DNA from: Alphaproteobacteria bacterium
GTDB taxonomy: Bacteria > Pseudomonadota > Alphaproteobacteria > Bin95
DNA length: 64,000 nt
Assembly: GCA_963665325.3 (NCBI GenBank)
Contig: CAXXWS020000003.1
Coordinates: 416,001 to 480,000, forward strand
Direction of reading: 5' to 3'
A program made the position numbers and the translations under genes. How positions within the stretch are numbered: position 1 is the stretch's first letter; every line of letters starts with the position of its first letter. The notes beneath the pieces are model-generated. The model saw nothing but the letters and a program-made list of their open reading frames with translations. It did not search any database and had not been told where the DNA came from. Of the stretch, positions 39,708 to 49,276 are shown piece by piece.

Positions 39708-40940
39708 TCAGCCATATTCGATTTGGTGCTCGTAGCCGCTCTGCCGTCGATGAATTTTGCCAAATCCCCGACACCCTCCTTCAAACAGGACCGGGGCAAT
39801 CCCGCCGGATACCGAAGGCGAACGTATTAACTCGCGCTTGGCTTTAGGTTCAGCGTCTTCCAGGTACTTCACCTTCCAGCTGATGTATCTGCCACGCTCG
39901 GTCTCCTCGAAGCCGACGGGATATCTGTACCGTCTGCTTTGTCTAGCGAGTTCTTTCAAGCTGTAGTGCTTGCCATGTATTCGACAATCCCCGACGCTCA
40001 AATTCAACCAATCCCTGGTTTGTATTGAGTGTTTTTCCCAGGCCCTTAGGTCATCTTGATCGAAGATCAGTCGATACCTAATGTTGCTATTGCTTTCATT
40101 GCCAATGGCGACGTGCATACCAATCTTTACCTCTTTCATGAAATATTGCAGCTGATCGAAAGAGACAGTAAACGTAAACGGTGACGGATTTGTGTGGTCA
40201 AAAAGTATGGAGGTGGGCAGGTGTCCGGCTCCTCCGGTTACAATGCCGATCAGCTTCCCGGCCGCGTCGAGTACGGGACCGCCGCTAAAGCCGGTATATG
40301 AAATGACGAGAAGCTGCCGCCCTGCGTCCTTTAGTGTCCGGTTTTGAAATGGCCCGGTGTCGACTTTGAAGTTCACGTCAATACGGCAGTGGGCCTCTGT
40401 TAACAATCGAGCTTCAGATGCGAAGAAAATCGCGTCCGGTGTCGTGGTTTTCGCTTTATTATCTCCAACGATGAAAAAGGGTATTCCAGTCGAGCATTGA
40501 TCCTTTTGGGCCAATTTAACAGCCCTCAATTTCCTGAGACCTTCCCTTTTCTGTTTCGGAATTTCTACCAAAACGGCTGCCAAGTCACTAGAGTCGGATT
40601 TTCTAATAACTTTACCAAGAAGGGCGGATTCCGTATCATATTTTGATCGGTCTCTGACAAAAGAATCACCCTCGAATAGGGGGAAATTCACAAAAATAAT
40701 GTCACCGGAATCCACGATATGTCGCGCAGTAAGTAGTATAACCCATCCTTCGTCCTTGATTCTTTCAGCGACGACAACACCGGTTCCTTTGTGGGTTTCC
40801 ATTTTCTGTGAGTGCAACGTATGCACAATAACCGTAGACTTGTGAACGTGCTCCGGAAGTTTGTCCAATAAATCCGCAGTGGCGTGGGGCACTTGCGAAT
40901 GGACCAGAAGTGCCGTGAGGGCGAGCATCGCTACCTTCAT
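39708..40940 (-). CDS. Secreted trypsin-like serine protease (low GC, likely acquired)
   Basis: Signal peptide MKVAMLALTALLV; triad motifs LTARHIV, SDLAAV, GFSGGPVLD..GKLIGI. Confidence 0.8.
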   Translation of the reverse strand: MKVAMLALTALLVHSQVPHATADLLDKLPEHVHKSTVIVHTLHSQKMETHKGTGVVVAERIKDEGWVILLTARHIVDSGDIIFVNFPLFEGDSFVRDRSKYDTESALLGKVIRKSDSSDLAAVLVEIPKQKREGLRKLRAVKLAQKDQCSTGIPFFIVGDNKAKTTTPDAIFFASEARLLTEAHCRIDVNFKVDTGPFQNRTLKDAGRQLLVISYTGFSGGPVLDAAGKLIGIVTGGAGHLPTSILFDHTNPSPFTFTVSFDQLQYFMKEVKIGMHVAIGNESNSNIRYRLIFDQDDLRAWEKHSIQTRDWLNLSVGDCRIHGKHYSLKELARQSRRYRYPVGFEETERGRYISWKVKYLEDAEPKAKRELIRSPSVSGGIAPVLFEGGCRGFGKIHRRQSGYEHQIEYG

Positions 40941-41089
40941 CGCTCTTCCTTCCCAAGCGGTTGATGTTATCATATCACGCTGGCTGGCAGAATGCAAGCA
41001 CAGGGCGACGAAAGGGAGGCGCGATATCCGAAGGGTTCGGTCGGATCGACGCCCGGCGTCCCGACCCTCGCCCCATCATGCCCCCGTAT

Positions 41090-41183
41090 CGTCATGCCCG
41101 GACTTGTTCCGGGCATCTCCCTTGCCCGTCTCCACCGGGTCGGGCGGCCGCCAAGGATGCCGGGAACAAGTCCGGGCATGACG
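41090..41183. repeat. REPIN-like inverted repeat pair
   Basis: CGTCATGCCCGGACTTGTTCCGGGCATC ... GATGCCGGGAACAAGTCCGGGCATGACG. Confidence 0.85.
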
Positions 41184-41237
41184 GAAAGGAGGTGACGCGG
41201 GGGCTCCGCCATCGGTTCCTATCAACAGCCGTTGGTA

Positions 41238-42032
41238 TCAGGCGACCCACCAGTCCGGGCGGCTTTCGCGCAGCGTCTCGCGCGCGCGGTCGCGGGCGGC
41301 CCTGTCGTCGAAGGCGGTAAAGCAGGTCGCGCCGCTTCCGGACATGCGCGCGAACAGTACGCCATCCAGTGCCGCCAGGGCATCGAGGGTCTCGCCGACT
41401 TCCGGCGCGAGCGATATGGCGGCTTCGGTCAGGTCGTTCGCGCAATCGGCGAGTTCCGCGACTGTCTGCGGCCAGGGGCGGCTCTCGCGGAACGGGCCGC
41501 GGCGCGCGCCGAACACCGCGGGCGTCGGCAGCGCCACGCCGGAATTGGCGAGCAGCAGATACGGCACGGACCGGTCCGGCAACGGCGTCAGGCGCTCGCC
41601 GATGCCGGCCATGCCGCAGGTCGCGCCGGCGAGGCAGACCGGCACATCCGCGCCGAGGCCGGCCGCTAGGGGCTCCAGGTCCGTCTCGATGCCCCAGAGC
41701 CGCGAGAGCAGCCTGAGCGCCGCCGCGGCGTCGGCGGAGCCGCCGCCGAGCCCGGCCGCGACCGGCAGGTTCTTCTCCAGCACCAGCCGCGCCCCCTGCC
41801 CCGGCGCCAGCGCGCGCGCAGCCCGCAGCACCAGATTGTCCGCCTCGCCCGCTAGCGCCCCGGCGAACGGCCCGACCACTTCCAGGCTGAGATCGTCCGC
41901 CGGCTCGGCGCAGAGCACGTCGCCGGCCTCCGCGAAGGCGACAAGGCTTTCCAGCAGGTGCAGCCCGTCCGCGCGCCGCCCGGTGATGTGCAGGTAGAGG
42001 TTGACCTTCGCCGACGCCGGTTCGCGCAGCAC
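41238..42032 (-). CDS. ispE: 4-diphosphocytidyl-2-C-methyl-D-erythritol kinase
   Basis: AKVNLYLH, PVAAGLGGGSADAAA, LGADVP, MSGSGATCF; start codon uncertain. Confidence 0.93.
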   Translation of the reverse strand: MLREPASAKVNLYLHITGRRADGLHLLESLVAFAEAGDVLCAEPADDLSLEVVGPFAGALAGEADNLVLRAARALAPGQGARLVLEKNLPVAAGLGGGSADAAAALRLLSRLWGIETDLEPLAAGLGADVPVCLAGATCGMAGIGERLTPLPDRSVPYLLLANSGVALPTPAVFGARRGPFRESRPWPQTVAELADCANDLTEAAISLAPEVGETLDALAALDGVLFARMSGSGATCFTAFDDRAARDRARETLRESRPDWWVA

Positions 42033-42054
42033 GGGATTCAGCCGCTCCGCCGGC

Positions 42055-43701
42055 TCAATCGCAGTCGAGCCCGCAGTCGAGCCGCTTGCGCAGCCCGTCG
42101 ACGCGCTCCGGCTCGGGATCGAAGTCCAGCGCGCGCTGCCACTGGAACCGTGCTTCCAGCCGGCGGCCGACCTTCCAGTAGGCATCGCCCAGATGCTCGT
42201 TCACGACGGGTTCCAGCGGTGTCAGGGCGGCCGCCCGCTCCAGCTCCTCGACCGCTTCGGGGTAACGGCCGGTGCGGAAATACACCCAGCCCAGGCTATC
42301 GGCGATGTACCCGTCCCGCGGCCGGAGACCGACCGCCTTGGCCACCATCTCCTCGGCGCGGTCGTAGCGCTCGCCGCGGTCGATCCAGGAATAGCCGAGA
42401 TAGTTCAGCACGTAAGCCTGTTCGGGCACGAATTCGAGCGCCTTCAGGAAGTCCCGCTCCGCAAGCTCCCAGCGCTGCGTGCGCTCGAGCGCGATTCCGC
42501 GCCCGTAATAGAGCCTCCAATGCTCGACGCCGGCCAGCCCCTCGATCCGGGCGATCCCGCGGTCATAGGCGCTGAAGGCTTCCTCGAACTTCCGCTGGCC
42601 GCGCAGCAGGTGGCCGAGTTCGCCGAGCGCGAAGGGGTCGTCCGGGTGGGCTGCGGCCTCCGCTTCCAGAAGCGCGACGGCTTCGTCTAGCCGGTCCTGG
42701 GAGGCATGGACCGCGGCCCGGCCGACCTGCGCGGTCAACCGCCAGATCGAGTCCGCCGGCACCGACCGGTAGACCGCGACGGCTTCGTCGAACCTGTCCC
42801 GGTCGGCGAGAAACTCGCCGGCCAGCACCAGTGCGGCATGATGGTCCGGTTCCAGCATGACCGCGAGCCGGGCATAGATCAGGGCTATAGCGACATTGCG
42901 GCGGTGGAACGCCTCCGCGATGCCGTAAAGCACTTCGGCAACGCCTTCGGACGGCGTGGAGGCGAGCGGCTCGAGGCCGGCCGGAGCCGTAGAAGGCAGC
43001 AAGCCGCCCAGGAAGCGGTAGCGCCGCACTTGCTCCTTGGCCGCCTCCGCGTCGCCTGCGGCCGTCAGGAACGCCGCCTCGGCCAGTACGCCGCGCCTTC
43101 CGGCGCCTGTCTGGCGCAGACGCTCGAAGGCGCTGCGGGCCTCTTCCGTCCGTCCGGCGGCATGCAGGAGAAGGGCGCGGTGCAGCCTGGCCCAGCGGCC
43201 GGAGCCGCGAAGTTTTTCGGCCTCCGAAAGCATGTCTTCCACGCCGTCGGCGTCGCCCGCCGCGTGGCGCAGCCAGGCAAGGATCAGCAGCTTGACCGCC
43301 TTGGGCAGGGAATCGGCCGTCGTTCCTTCGAGCCGTTCCGCCGCCGCCGACCAGTCTGCCCGGCGCATGTCGTTCACCGCGAGACGCAGTGCGACCAGGG
43401 CGCTGTCCAGCGCCTTCTCTCCGGTGAGGCCGTCGACCGGGAGCCTTTCGTCCATTCGCCGGGCAAGAGCCAGACTCGCCTCGACATCGCCCGCGGCGGT
43501 ACGCATCCGCAACAGGCGGCCCTGCACACTGAGATTGTCCGGGTCGGCTTTCAGCGCGCGCCGGTAGAAATCGGCGGCGGCGGCGACATCGAACTGTCGC
43601 TCGGCATAGCCCGCCGCGAGCCAGTCGCTCAGGGCAGGCGCAGCGTGCGGGCGGCAGGCGGCCGAAAGCAGGAGCGCGAATGCCAGAAGGAAAGCGCGCA
43701 T
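42055..43701 (-). CDS. Tetratricopeptide repeat protein (exported)
   Basis: TPR units, VLNYLGYSW, DSLGWVYF, EHLGDAYWKVGR; usual neighbour of ispE. Confidence 0.9.
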   Translation of the reverse strand: MRAFLLAFALLLSAACRPHAAPALSDWLAAGYAERQFDVAAAADFYRRALKADPDNLSVQGRLLRMRTAAGDVEASLALARRMDERLPVDGLTGEKALDSALVALRLAVNDMRRADWSAAAERLEGTTADSLPKAVKLLILAWLRHAAGDADGVEDMLSEAEKLRGSGRWARLHRALLLHAAGRTEEARSAFERLRQTGAGRRGVLAEAAFLTAAGDAEAAKEQVRRYRFLGGLLPSTAPAGLEPLASTPSEGVAEVLYGIAEAFHRRNVAIALIYARLAVMLEPDHHAALVLAGEFLADRDRFDEAVAVYRSVPADSIWRLTAQVGRAAVHASQDRLDEAVALLEAEAAAHPDDPFALGELGHLLRGQRKFEEAFSAYDRGIARIEGLAGVEHWRLYYGRGIALERTQRWELAERDFLKALEFVPEQAYVLNYLGYSWIDRGERYDRAEEMVAKAVGLRPRDGYIADSLGWVYFRTGRYPEAVEELERAAALTPLEPVVNEHLGDAYWKVGRRLEARFQWQRALDFDPEPERVDGLRKRLDCGLDCD

Positions 43702-43711
43702 CCAACGGGTC

Positions 43712-45355
43712 TCACATGTTCGGATAATTGGGCCCGCCACCGCCTTCGGGCACCGCCCAGACGATGTTCTGGGTCGGATCCTTGATGTCGCAGGTCTTGC
43801 AGTGGACACAGTTCTGGGCATTGATCTGCAGGCGCGGCTCGCCGCTGTCCTCGACAATTTCATAAACCCCCGCCGGGCAGTAACGTTGTTCCGGCGCGTC
43901 GAACTCCGCGAGATTGACCCGGATCGGCACCTCGGCGTCCTTGAGCACCAGATGGACCGGCTGGTCTTCCTCGTGGTTAGTGCCGGAAAGATAGACCGAG
44001 GACGGCTTGTCGAAGGACACGATTCCGTCCGGCCTCGGATAGTCGATCGCCTTGCAGTCGTCCCGGCCGGCTGTGGCCGCATGATCCGCGCCATGGTGGC
44101 GGAGCGTCCAGGGAGCTCGGCCGCGCAACAGCACCTGGTCGATGCCGGCATGGAGCATGCCGGCCGCCAGGCCCCAGCGGAACGCGGGGCGGACATTGCG
44201 CGCCCGGTGGAGTTCGTCGTGCAGCCAGGACGAGCGGAAGGCTTCCGGATAGGCCGTCAGCTCGTCGCCTCCTTCCGAGCCTTCCGACAGCCGCCGGAAT
44301 GCCGCCTCGGCGGCCAGCATGCCGGTCTTCATGGCGCCGTGGCTGCCCTTGATGCGTGGCACGTTCAGGAATCCAGCCTCGCAGCCGATCAGCGCGCCGC
44401 CGGGAAACACCAGTTTCGGCAGTGCCTGCATTCCCCCCTCATTGACGGCCCGGGCCCCGTAGGCGACGCGCTGCCCGCCTTCGAAGAAGGGACGGATCTT
44501 CGGATGGGTCTTGTAGCGCTGGAATTCGTCGAAGGGGCTGAGCCATGGATTTCTATAGTCGAGCGCGATGACGAACCCGACCGCCACCTGGCCGCCGGCC
44601 AGGTGGTAGAGGAAGGAACCGCCATAGGTGCGCCGGTCCATCGGCCAGCCGGCAGTGTGGACCACGAGGCCCGGCTCGTGGATCGCGGGATCGACGTCCC
44701 AGAGTTCCTTGAGGCCGATGCCGTAGGTCTGGGGCTGGCAGTCGCGCCGGAGGTCGAAGCGGTCCATGAGCTGCTTGCCGAGCGAGCCCCGGCAGCCTTC
44801 GGCGAACAGCGTGTATCTGGCGCGCAGCTCGATGCCGGGCTCATGCGTAGCCTTGGGTTCGCCGTCGCGCCCGATGCCCATATCGCCCGTTGCCACACCG
44901 GCAACCGCGCCGTCTTCCCGGTACAGCACCTCGGCGGCGGCGAAGCCCGGATAGATCTCCACCTCCAGCGCCTCGGCCTGCTCGCCCAGCCAGCGGCAGA
45001 CATTGCCGAGGCTGACGATATGGTTGCCATGGTTGCGCAGCGACGGGGGCAGGAACGGCCCGGGCACCCGGAAGGCGCTCTTCTCGCCCAGGAGAAAGAA
45101 CCGGTCTTCGGTCACGGGGGTGTCCAGCGGGGCGCCCCGCTCCTGCCAGTCGGGCAGCAATTCGTTGAGCGCGCGCGGGTCGAGAACGGCGCCGGACAGA
45201 ATATGGGCGCCGACCTCGGATCCCTTCTCGATCACGCATACGGAAACCTCAGAATCGGCCTCGGCCGCCAGCTGTTTCAGCCGTATCGCCGCCGCCAGCC
45301 CGGCCGGGCCCCCGCCGACGATAACGACGTCGAACTCCATGCTCTCCCGTTCCAT
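43712..45355 (-). CDS. Electron transfer flavoprotein-ubiquinone oxidoreductase
   Basis: [44 protein letters not shown]. Confidence 0.96.
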   Translation of the reverse strand: MERESMEFDVVIVGGGPAGLAAAIRLKQLAAEADSEVSVCVIEKGSEVGAHILSGAVLDPRALNELLPDWQERGAPLDTPVTEDRFFLLGEKSAFRVPGPFLPPSLRNHGNHIVSLGNVCRWLGEQAEALEVEIYPGFAAAEVLYREDGAVAGVATGDMGIGRDGEPKATHEPGIELRARYTLFAEGCRGSLGKQLMDRFDLRRDCQPQTYGIGLKELWDVDPAIHEPGLVVHTAGWPMDRRTYGGSFLYHLAGGQVAVGFVIALDYRNPWLSPFDEFQRYKTHPKIRPFFEGGQRVAYGARAVNEGGMQALPKLVFPGGALIGCEAGFLNVPRIKGSHGAMKTGMLAAEAAFRRLSEGSEGGDELTAYPEAFRSSWLHDELHRARNVRPAFRWGLAAGMLHAGIDQVLLRGRAPWTLRHHGADHAATAGRDDCKAIDYPRPDGIVSFDKPSSVYLSGTNHEEDQPVHLVLKDAEVPIRVNLAEFDAPEQRYCPAGVYEIVEDSGEPRLQINAQNCVHCKTCDIKDPTQNIVWAVPEGGGGPNYPNM

Positions 45356-45420
45356 GCCCCCGCCCTCATCAATTCGGCGCGCACTTTGCGCTAACATAGG
45401 CTACACTTTGTGGCTGCGCC

Positions 45421-46197
45421 ATGACCGAACGGGAACCATTGCTCGCGGCGTTGGAGTGGCAATTGGCGGCCGGTGTGGACGAGGTTGTCGGCTTCGAACC
45501 GGCGGACCGGTTCGCCCCGCCGCCGGAACGCAAGGCGCCGGCTGCCCCGCCCCCTGCACGCAGGGCGGCGCCGGTTGCCGCACATCCCGTGGCAGCGGTG
45601 GAGGCCTCGTCAGGGGATGTCGCACGGACAGCCGATCTGGATGCGCTTCGCGGGCTCCTGCTTGCCTTCGACGGTTGCGCATTGAAGAAGACGGCGACCA
45701 ACACGGTGTTCGGCGAAGGGCCCGCCGGCGCGCGCCTGATGATTGTCGGCGAAGCGCCGGGGGCCGACGAAGACCGGCAGGGCCGCCCTTTCGTCGGGCC
45801 GAGCGGGCGGCTGCTGGAGCGGATGCTGGCCGCAATCGGTTTCCGGCGTGAGGAGGTCTATATCGCCAACACCGTTTACTGGCGTCCGCCGGGCAACCGC
45901 ACTCCTTCGGCGGAGGAGGTGGAAGCCTGCCGGCCGTTCGTCGACCGGCAGATTGCGCTGGTGGCGCCCGAGGTGCTGATGCTGGCAGGCGGCGCGGCCG
46001 CCAAGACGCTGCTCGGGACGACGGAGGGCATCATGCGCCTGCGCGGGCGCTGGCAGCGTTTGGCCGCCGCGGACGGGCCGGTCGATGTCATGCCGACCTT
46101 TCACCCGGCCTTTCTGCTGCGCTCGCCCGCGCGCAAGCGCGAGGCCTGGCGCGACCTGTTGGCCGTCAAGGCCCGGCTGGAGACCGCCCGTTCGTGA
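45421..46197 (+). CDS. Uracil-DNA glycosylase, family 4
   Basis: GEAPGADED..G.PFVG, RPPGNRTP, TFHPAFLLR. Confidence 0.93.
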   Translation: MTEREPLLAALEWQLAAGVDEVVGFEPADRFAPPPERKAPAAPPPARRAAPVAAHPVAAVEASSGDVARTADLDALRGLLLAFDGCALKKTATNTVFGEGPAGARLMIVGEAPGADEDRQGRPFVGPSGRLLERMLAAIGFRREEVYIANTVYWRPPGNRTPSAEEVEACRPFVDRQIALVAPEVLMLAGGAAAKTLLGTTEGIMRLRGRWQRLAAADGPVDVMPTFHPAFLLRSPARKREAWRDLLAVKARLETARS

Positions 46198-47912
46198 GGG
46201 CTCTGGCGCTGGCAATGCTGACGGTCTGGAGCGGTGCCGCAGGGGCTGCCGACCTGCGGATCCTTTCCGCGGCCGATGTCGATCGTTACCAGCGCCTCTT
46301 CGTGCTGGAGGCGGAGAACCGCTGGGAGGAAGCCGACACGCTCGCGCGCGAACTGGACGACCCCCGGCTGATGGGCCATGTGCTTTACCAGCGCTACGTC
46401 GTCTCGCACGACTATGTCACGCCCTATGAGGAACTGCGGGCCTGGCTGGAGGCTTACAGCGACCATCCGGGGGCGCATCGGGTGTCGCGCCTGGCGCTCA
46501 AGCGGCGCCCGCCCGGCATGTTGCCGCCCCCTCCGGAAAAACACCCGCCGGTACGCCGGCCCACGCCGTTGTTCGTCGCAAAGCCCCTGCAGAAGCCGCA
46601 AACCGTGGTTGGCACGATCTATGCCCGGATCATCGAGCAGCACTTGAAGGAGGAGCGGCCCGACCTCGCGGGCAGCCTGTTCCGCGATGCCGCCGTCCAC
46701 CGGGCGCTGGGCCGGGATTATGCCGACAAGCTGCGCGCCGATATTGCCTTTTCCTTCTACCTTCTCGGCAAGGATGCGGCCGCCTACAGCCTCGCCTCGA
46801 GGCGCGCCGAACCCGCACAGAACCGGGTGTCTCTACTCCACTGGGTGGCGGGCCTGGCAGCGCTCAGGCTCGGCTGGCATGCCGGCGCGGCGCGGCATTT
46901 TGCTGCCCACGCGCAGTCTCCGGCAGCCTCTCCGTGGAATGCCTCTGCCGGCGCGTTCTGGGCAGCGAGAATGTATCGGCAGATCGAGCGGCCGGAGGAG
47001 GCCGAAGCATGGCTGCAGGCGGCGGCGGTCTACAAGCGGACCTTTTACGGCATGCTCTCCCGCGAAATGCTGGGCTGGCCGCACGGGCTGAATTTCGAGC
47101 CGCCGCCGCTCGACGATGCGGACCGGCTGCGAATCCACACCGAACCGGCGGCCATTCGCGCCCTGGCGCTGGCGCAGGTGGGACAGACCGTGCCCGCCGA
47201 GGCCGAGATGCGCCGCGCGCTTGCCGATGCCGATGCGGACACAACGCGCGCCCTGCTCGCTGCCGCCATATCCGCGCACCTGCCACGTGCAGCGCTGCTC
47301 GCCGGGCGCCGCCTGCTCGGCCGCGGCGACCCGCCCCGCGATCTTGCGCTCTATCCGCTGGCGCCCTGGGAACCGGAAGGCGGCTATGGGCTGGACCGGG
47401 CGCTGCTGCTCGGCTTCATGCGCCGCGAGAGCGCCTTTGACACCCGGGCTGCGAGCCACGCCGGGGCACGCGGGCTGATGCAGCTCATGCCCTCGACCGC
47501 CAATTCGGTGTCACAGAACGAGCAGTTCGCCGGCAAGACGCTCAAGCGCCTGCATGAACCGGAGCTCAATCTGACTCTCGGCCGCGACTATCTTCGTTTG
47601 CTGCTGGAGAAGGATGTCGTCGCCGGCGACCTTCTCAATCTCGCCATCGCCTACAATGCCGGGGCCGGCCGGCTGCGGCGTTGGAGTTCGACGGTGCGGG
47701 ATATGGACGACAGGCTCCTTTTCATCGAGAGCCTGCCCGCGAAGGAGACCCGGGTGTTCGTCGAGCATGTGCTCACGAATATCTGGGCTTACCGCGCGCG
47801 CCTGGGCCAGCAGCGGCCGAGCCTGGCTGCGCTGGCGGCGGGGCAGAAGCCGCTCTATAAGTCACTCGACACCCGGCAGGCGGGCGCCGACCGCAACCCG
47901 CCCAACGCATGA
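46194..47912 (+). CDS. Soluble lytic transglycosylase
   Basis: MRRESAF, GARGLMQLMPSTA, AYNAG, FIESLP.KETR. Confidence 0.92.
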   Translation: MRALALAMLTVWSGAAGAADLRILSAADVDRYQRLFVLEAENRWEEADTLARELDDPRLMGHVLYQRYVVSHDYVTPYEELRAWLEAYSDHPGAHRVSRLALKRRPPGMLPPPPEKHPPVRRPTPLFVAKPLQKPQTVVGTIYARIIEQHLKEERPDLAGSLFRDAAVHRALGRDYADKLRADIAFSFYLLGKDAAAYSLASRRAEPAQNRVSLLHWVAGLAALRLGWHAGAARHFAAHAQSPAASPWNASAGAFWAARMYRQIERPEEAEAWLQAAAVYKRTFYGMLSREMLGWPHGLNFEPPPLDDADRLRIHTEPAAIRALALAQVGQTVPAEAEMRRALADADADTTRALLAAAISAHLPRAALLAGRRLLGRGDPPRDLALYPLAPWEPEGGYGLDRALLLGFMRRESAFDTRAASHAGARGLMQLMPSTANSVSQNEQFAGKTLKRLHEPELNLTLGRDYLRLLLEKDVVAGDLLNLAIAYNAGAGRLRRWSSTVRDMDDRLLFIESLPAKETRVFVEHVLTNIWAYRARLGQQRPSLAALAAGQKPLYKSLDTRQAGADRNPPNA

Positions 47913-47943
47913 TCACGCCCTTCGCACCGGGAGCGCTCCCGTA

Positions 47944-48495
47944 ATGCCCGGCAGCATCGACGAAAGCCGCCCTTTCATTCCCGTGCGCATCGCGGTGCTC
48001 ACCGTCTCGGACACGCGCAGCGAGGCCGACGACCGCTCCGGCGACACGCTGGTCGAGCGGCTGGAGCGCGACGGGCACGTCCTGGCCGACCGCGCCATCG
48101 TTCGCGACGAGGTGGACGCCATCCGCGCGGCACTGCGGGGCTGGATCGAGGATGCGGAAGTCGACTGCGTGATCGCGACAGGCGGCACGGGCCTCACCGG
48201 CCGGGATGTGACGCCGGAAGCCTTCGAAGGCGTCTATGAGAAGCGGATCGACGGCTTCGGCGAGCTGTTCCGCTGGCAGAGCCTGCAGAAGATCGGCGCC
48301 TCCACGATCCAGTCGCGCGCCACGGCCGGCACCGCGGGCGGCACCTACCTGTTCGCCCTGCCCGGCTCGACCGGCGCCTGCAGGGATGCCTGGGACGACA
48401 TCCTCCACTGGCAGCTCGACTACCGCTTCCGCCCCTGCAATTTCGTGGAAATCATGCCCCGCCTCCAGGAGCATGTCACCGGCCGGGGCGGCTGA
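47944..48495 (+). CDS. moaB: Molybdenum cofactor biosynthesis protein B
   Basis: IAVLTVSDTR, TGGTGLTGRDVTPEA, QSRA, LPGSTGAC, PCNFVE. Confidence 0.95.
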   Translation: MPGSIDESRPFIPVRIAVLTVSDTRSEADDRSGDTLVERLERDGHVLADRAIVRDEVDAIRAALRGWIEDAEVDCVIATGGTGLTGRDVTPEAFEGVYEKRIDGFGELFRWQSLQKIGASTIQSRATAGTAGGTYLFALPGSTGACRDAWDDILHWQLDYRFRPCNFVEIMPRLQEHVTGRGG

Positions 48496-48512
48496 ACGCT
48501 TCTTTGTGGCTT

Positions 48513-48709
48513 GACCGCACCGATTTTCGGCTACACGAGGACTGGGCGGAAGAGCTGGACGACTGGGAGTGAAGCTTGGGAACTTGGTGCAGGTCGTTCT
48601 TCCGGGCGACTATGGAAAGCCTCGCCCTGCTTTGGTGATTCAATTCGACTTGTTCCAGAGTTTCGCCGCGGATTTCCTCGACGTCGAGGCCAGGAAGGAC
48701 CTGCCATGA
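48513..48709 (+). pseudogene. Remnant PemK/MazF toxin (48569-48709, 46 aa) preceded by a possible antitoxin C-terminal tail
   Basis: GTG-KLGNLVQVVLPGDYGKPRPALVIQFDLF resembles the PemK N-terminus, then diverges; upstream ...EDWAEELDDWE* overlaps by GTGA; lower GC. Confidence 0.68.
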
Positions 48710-49263
48710 CTCTTCTCGTTGCCGGCCTTGCGCTTTTTATCGGCCTGCATCTGATTCCGGGCATTGCACCCCTTCGCGCCGGCCTGGTCGCCCGGATGGG
48801 CGAGAAGCGGTATCGCGGGGCGTTCTCGGCCCTCGCGTTCGCAGGCCTCGCGCTGATCGTGTGGGGCTATTCGGCGGCTCCGTTCGAGCCCGTCTATTCG
48901 CCTCCGGACTGGGGGCGCGACGCGGCGATGTGGATGGTGCCGGCGGCGTTCGTGCTGTTTGCAGCGGCGAATATGCCGACACATATCCGATCCGTTGTCC
49001 GGCACCCCATGCTGCTCGGGCTCCTTCTCTGGGCGCTCGCCCATCTGGCGGCGAATGGCGACCTGCGTTCGCTCATGCTCTTCGGGGGTTTTGCGGGATT
49101 CTCGTTGGTGGCAGCGGCGAGCGCGGTGGCGCGCGGCAAGCGGCCCGCCGCCGACAAGGCGCCGCGCCTCGCAATGGATGCGGCGGCGCTGGTGTCGGGG
49201 CTCGCCGCCGCCGGCCTCTTCGCATATCTGCACGCTACATTGTTCGGCGCGCCGGCGCTGTAG
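48706..49263 (+). CDS. NnrU family membrane protein
   Basis: GLALFIGLHL, RHPMLLG..LWALAHL.ANGD. Confidence 0.88.
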   Translation: MTLLVAGLALFIGLHLIPGIAPLRAGLVARMGEKRYRGAFSALAFAGLALIVWGYSAAPFEPVYSPPDWGRDAAMWMVPAAFVLFAAANMPTHIRSVVRHPMLLGLLLWALAHLAANGDLRSLMLFGGFAGFSLVAAASAVARGKRPAADKAPRLAMDAAALVSGLAAAGLFAYLHATLFGAPAL

Positions 49264-49276
49264 AACCTTTTCCGGG

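Noticed and set aside
41200-41240. ispE ends at TGA slightly early (PDWWVA*): possible Sec read-through
   Set aside because: No Cys-type catalytic position there, no SECIS-like hairpin noticed, and all kinase motifs are already present
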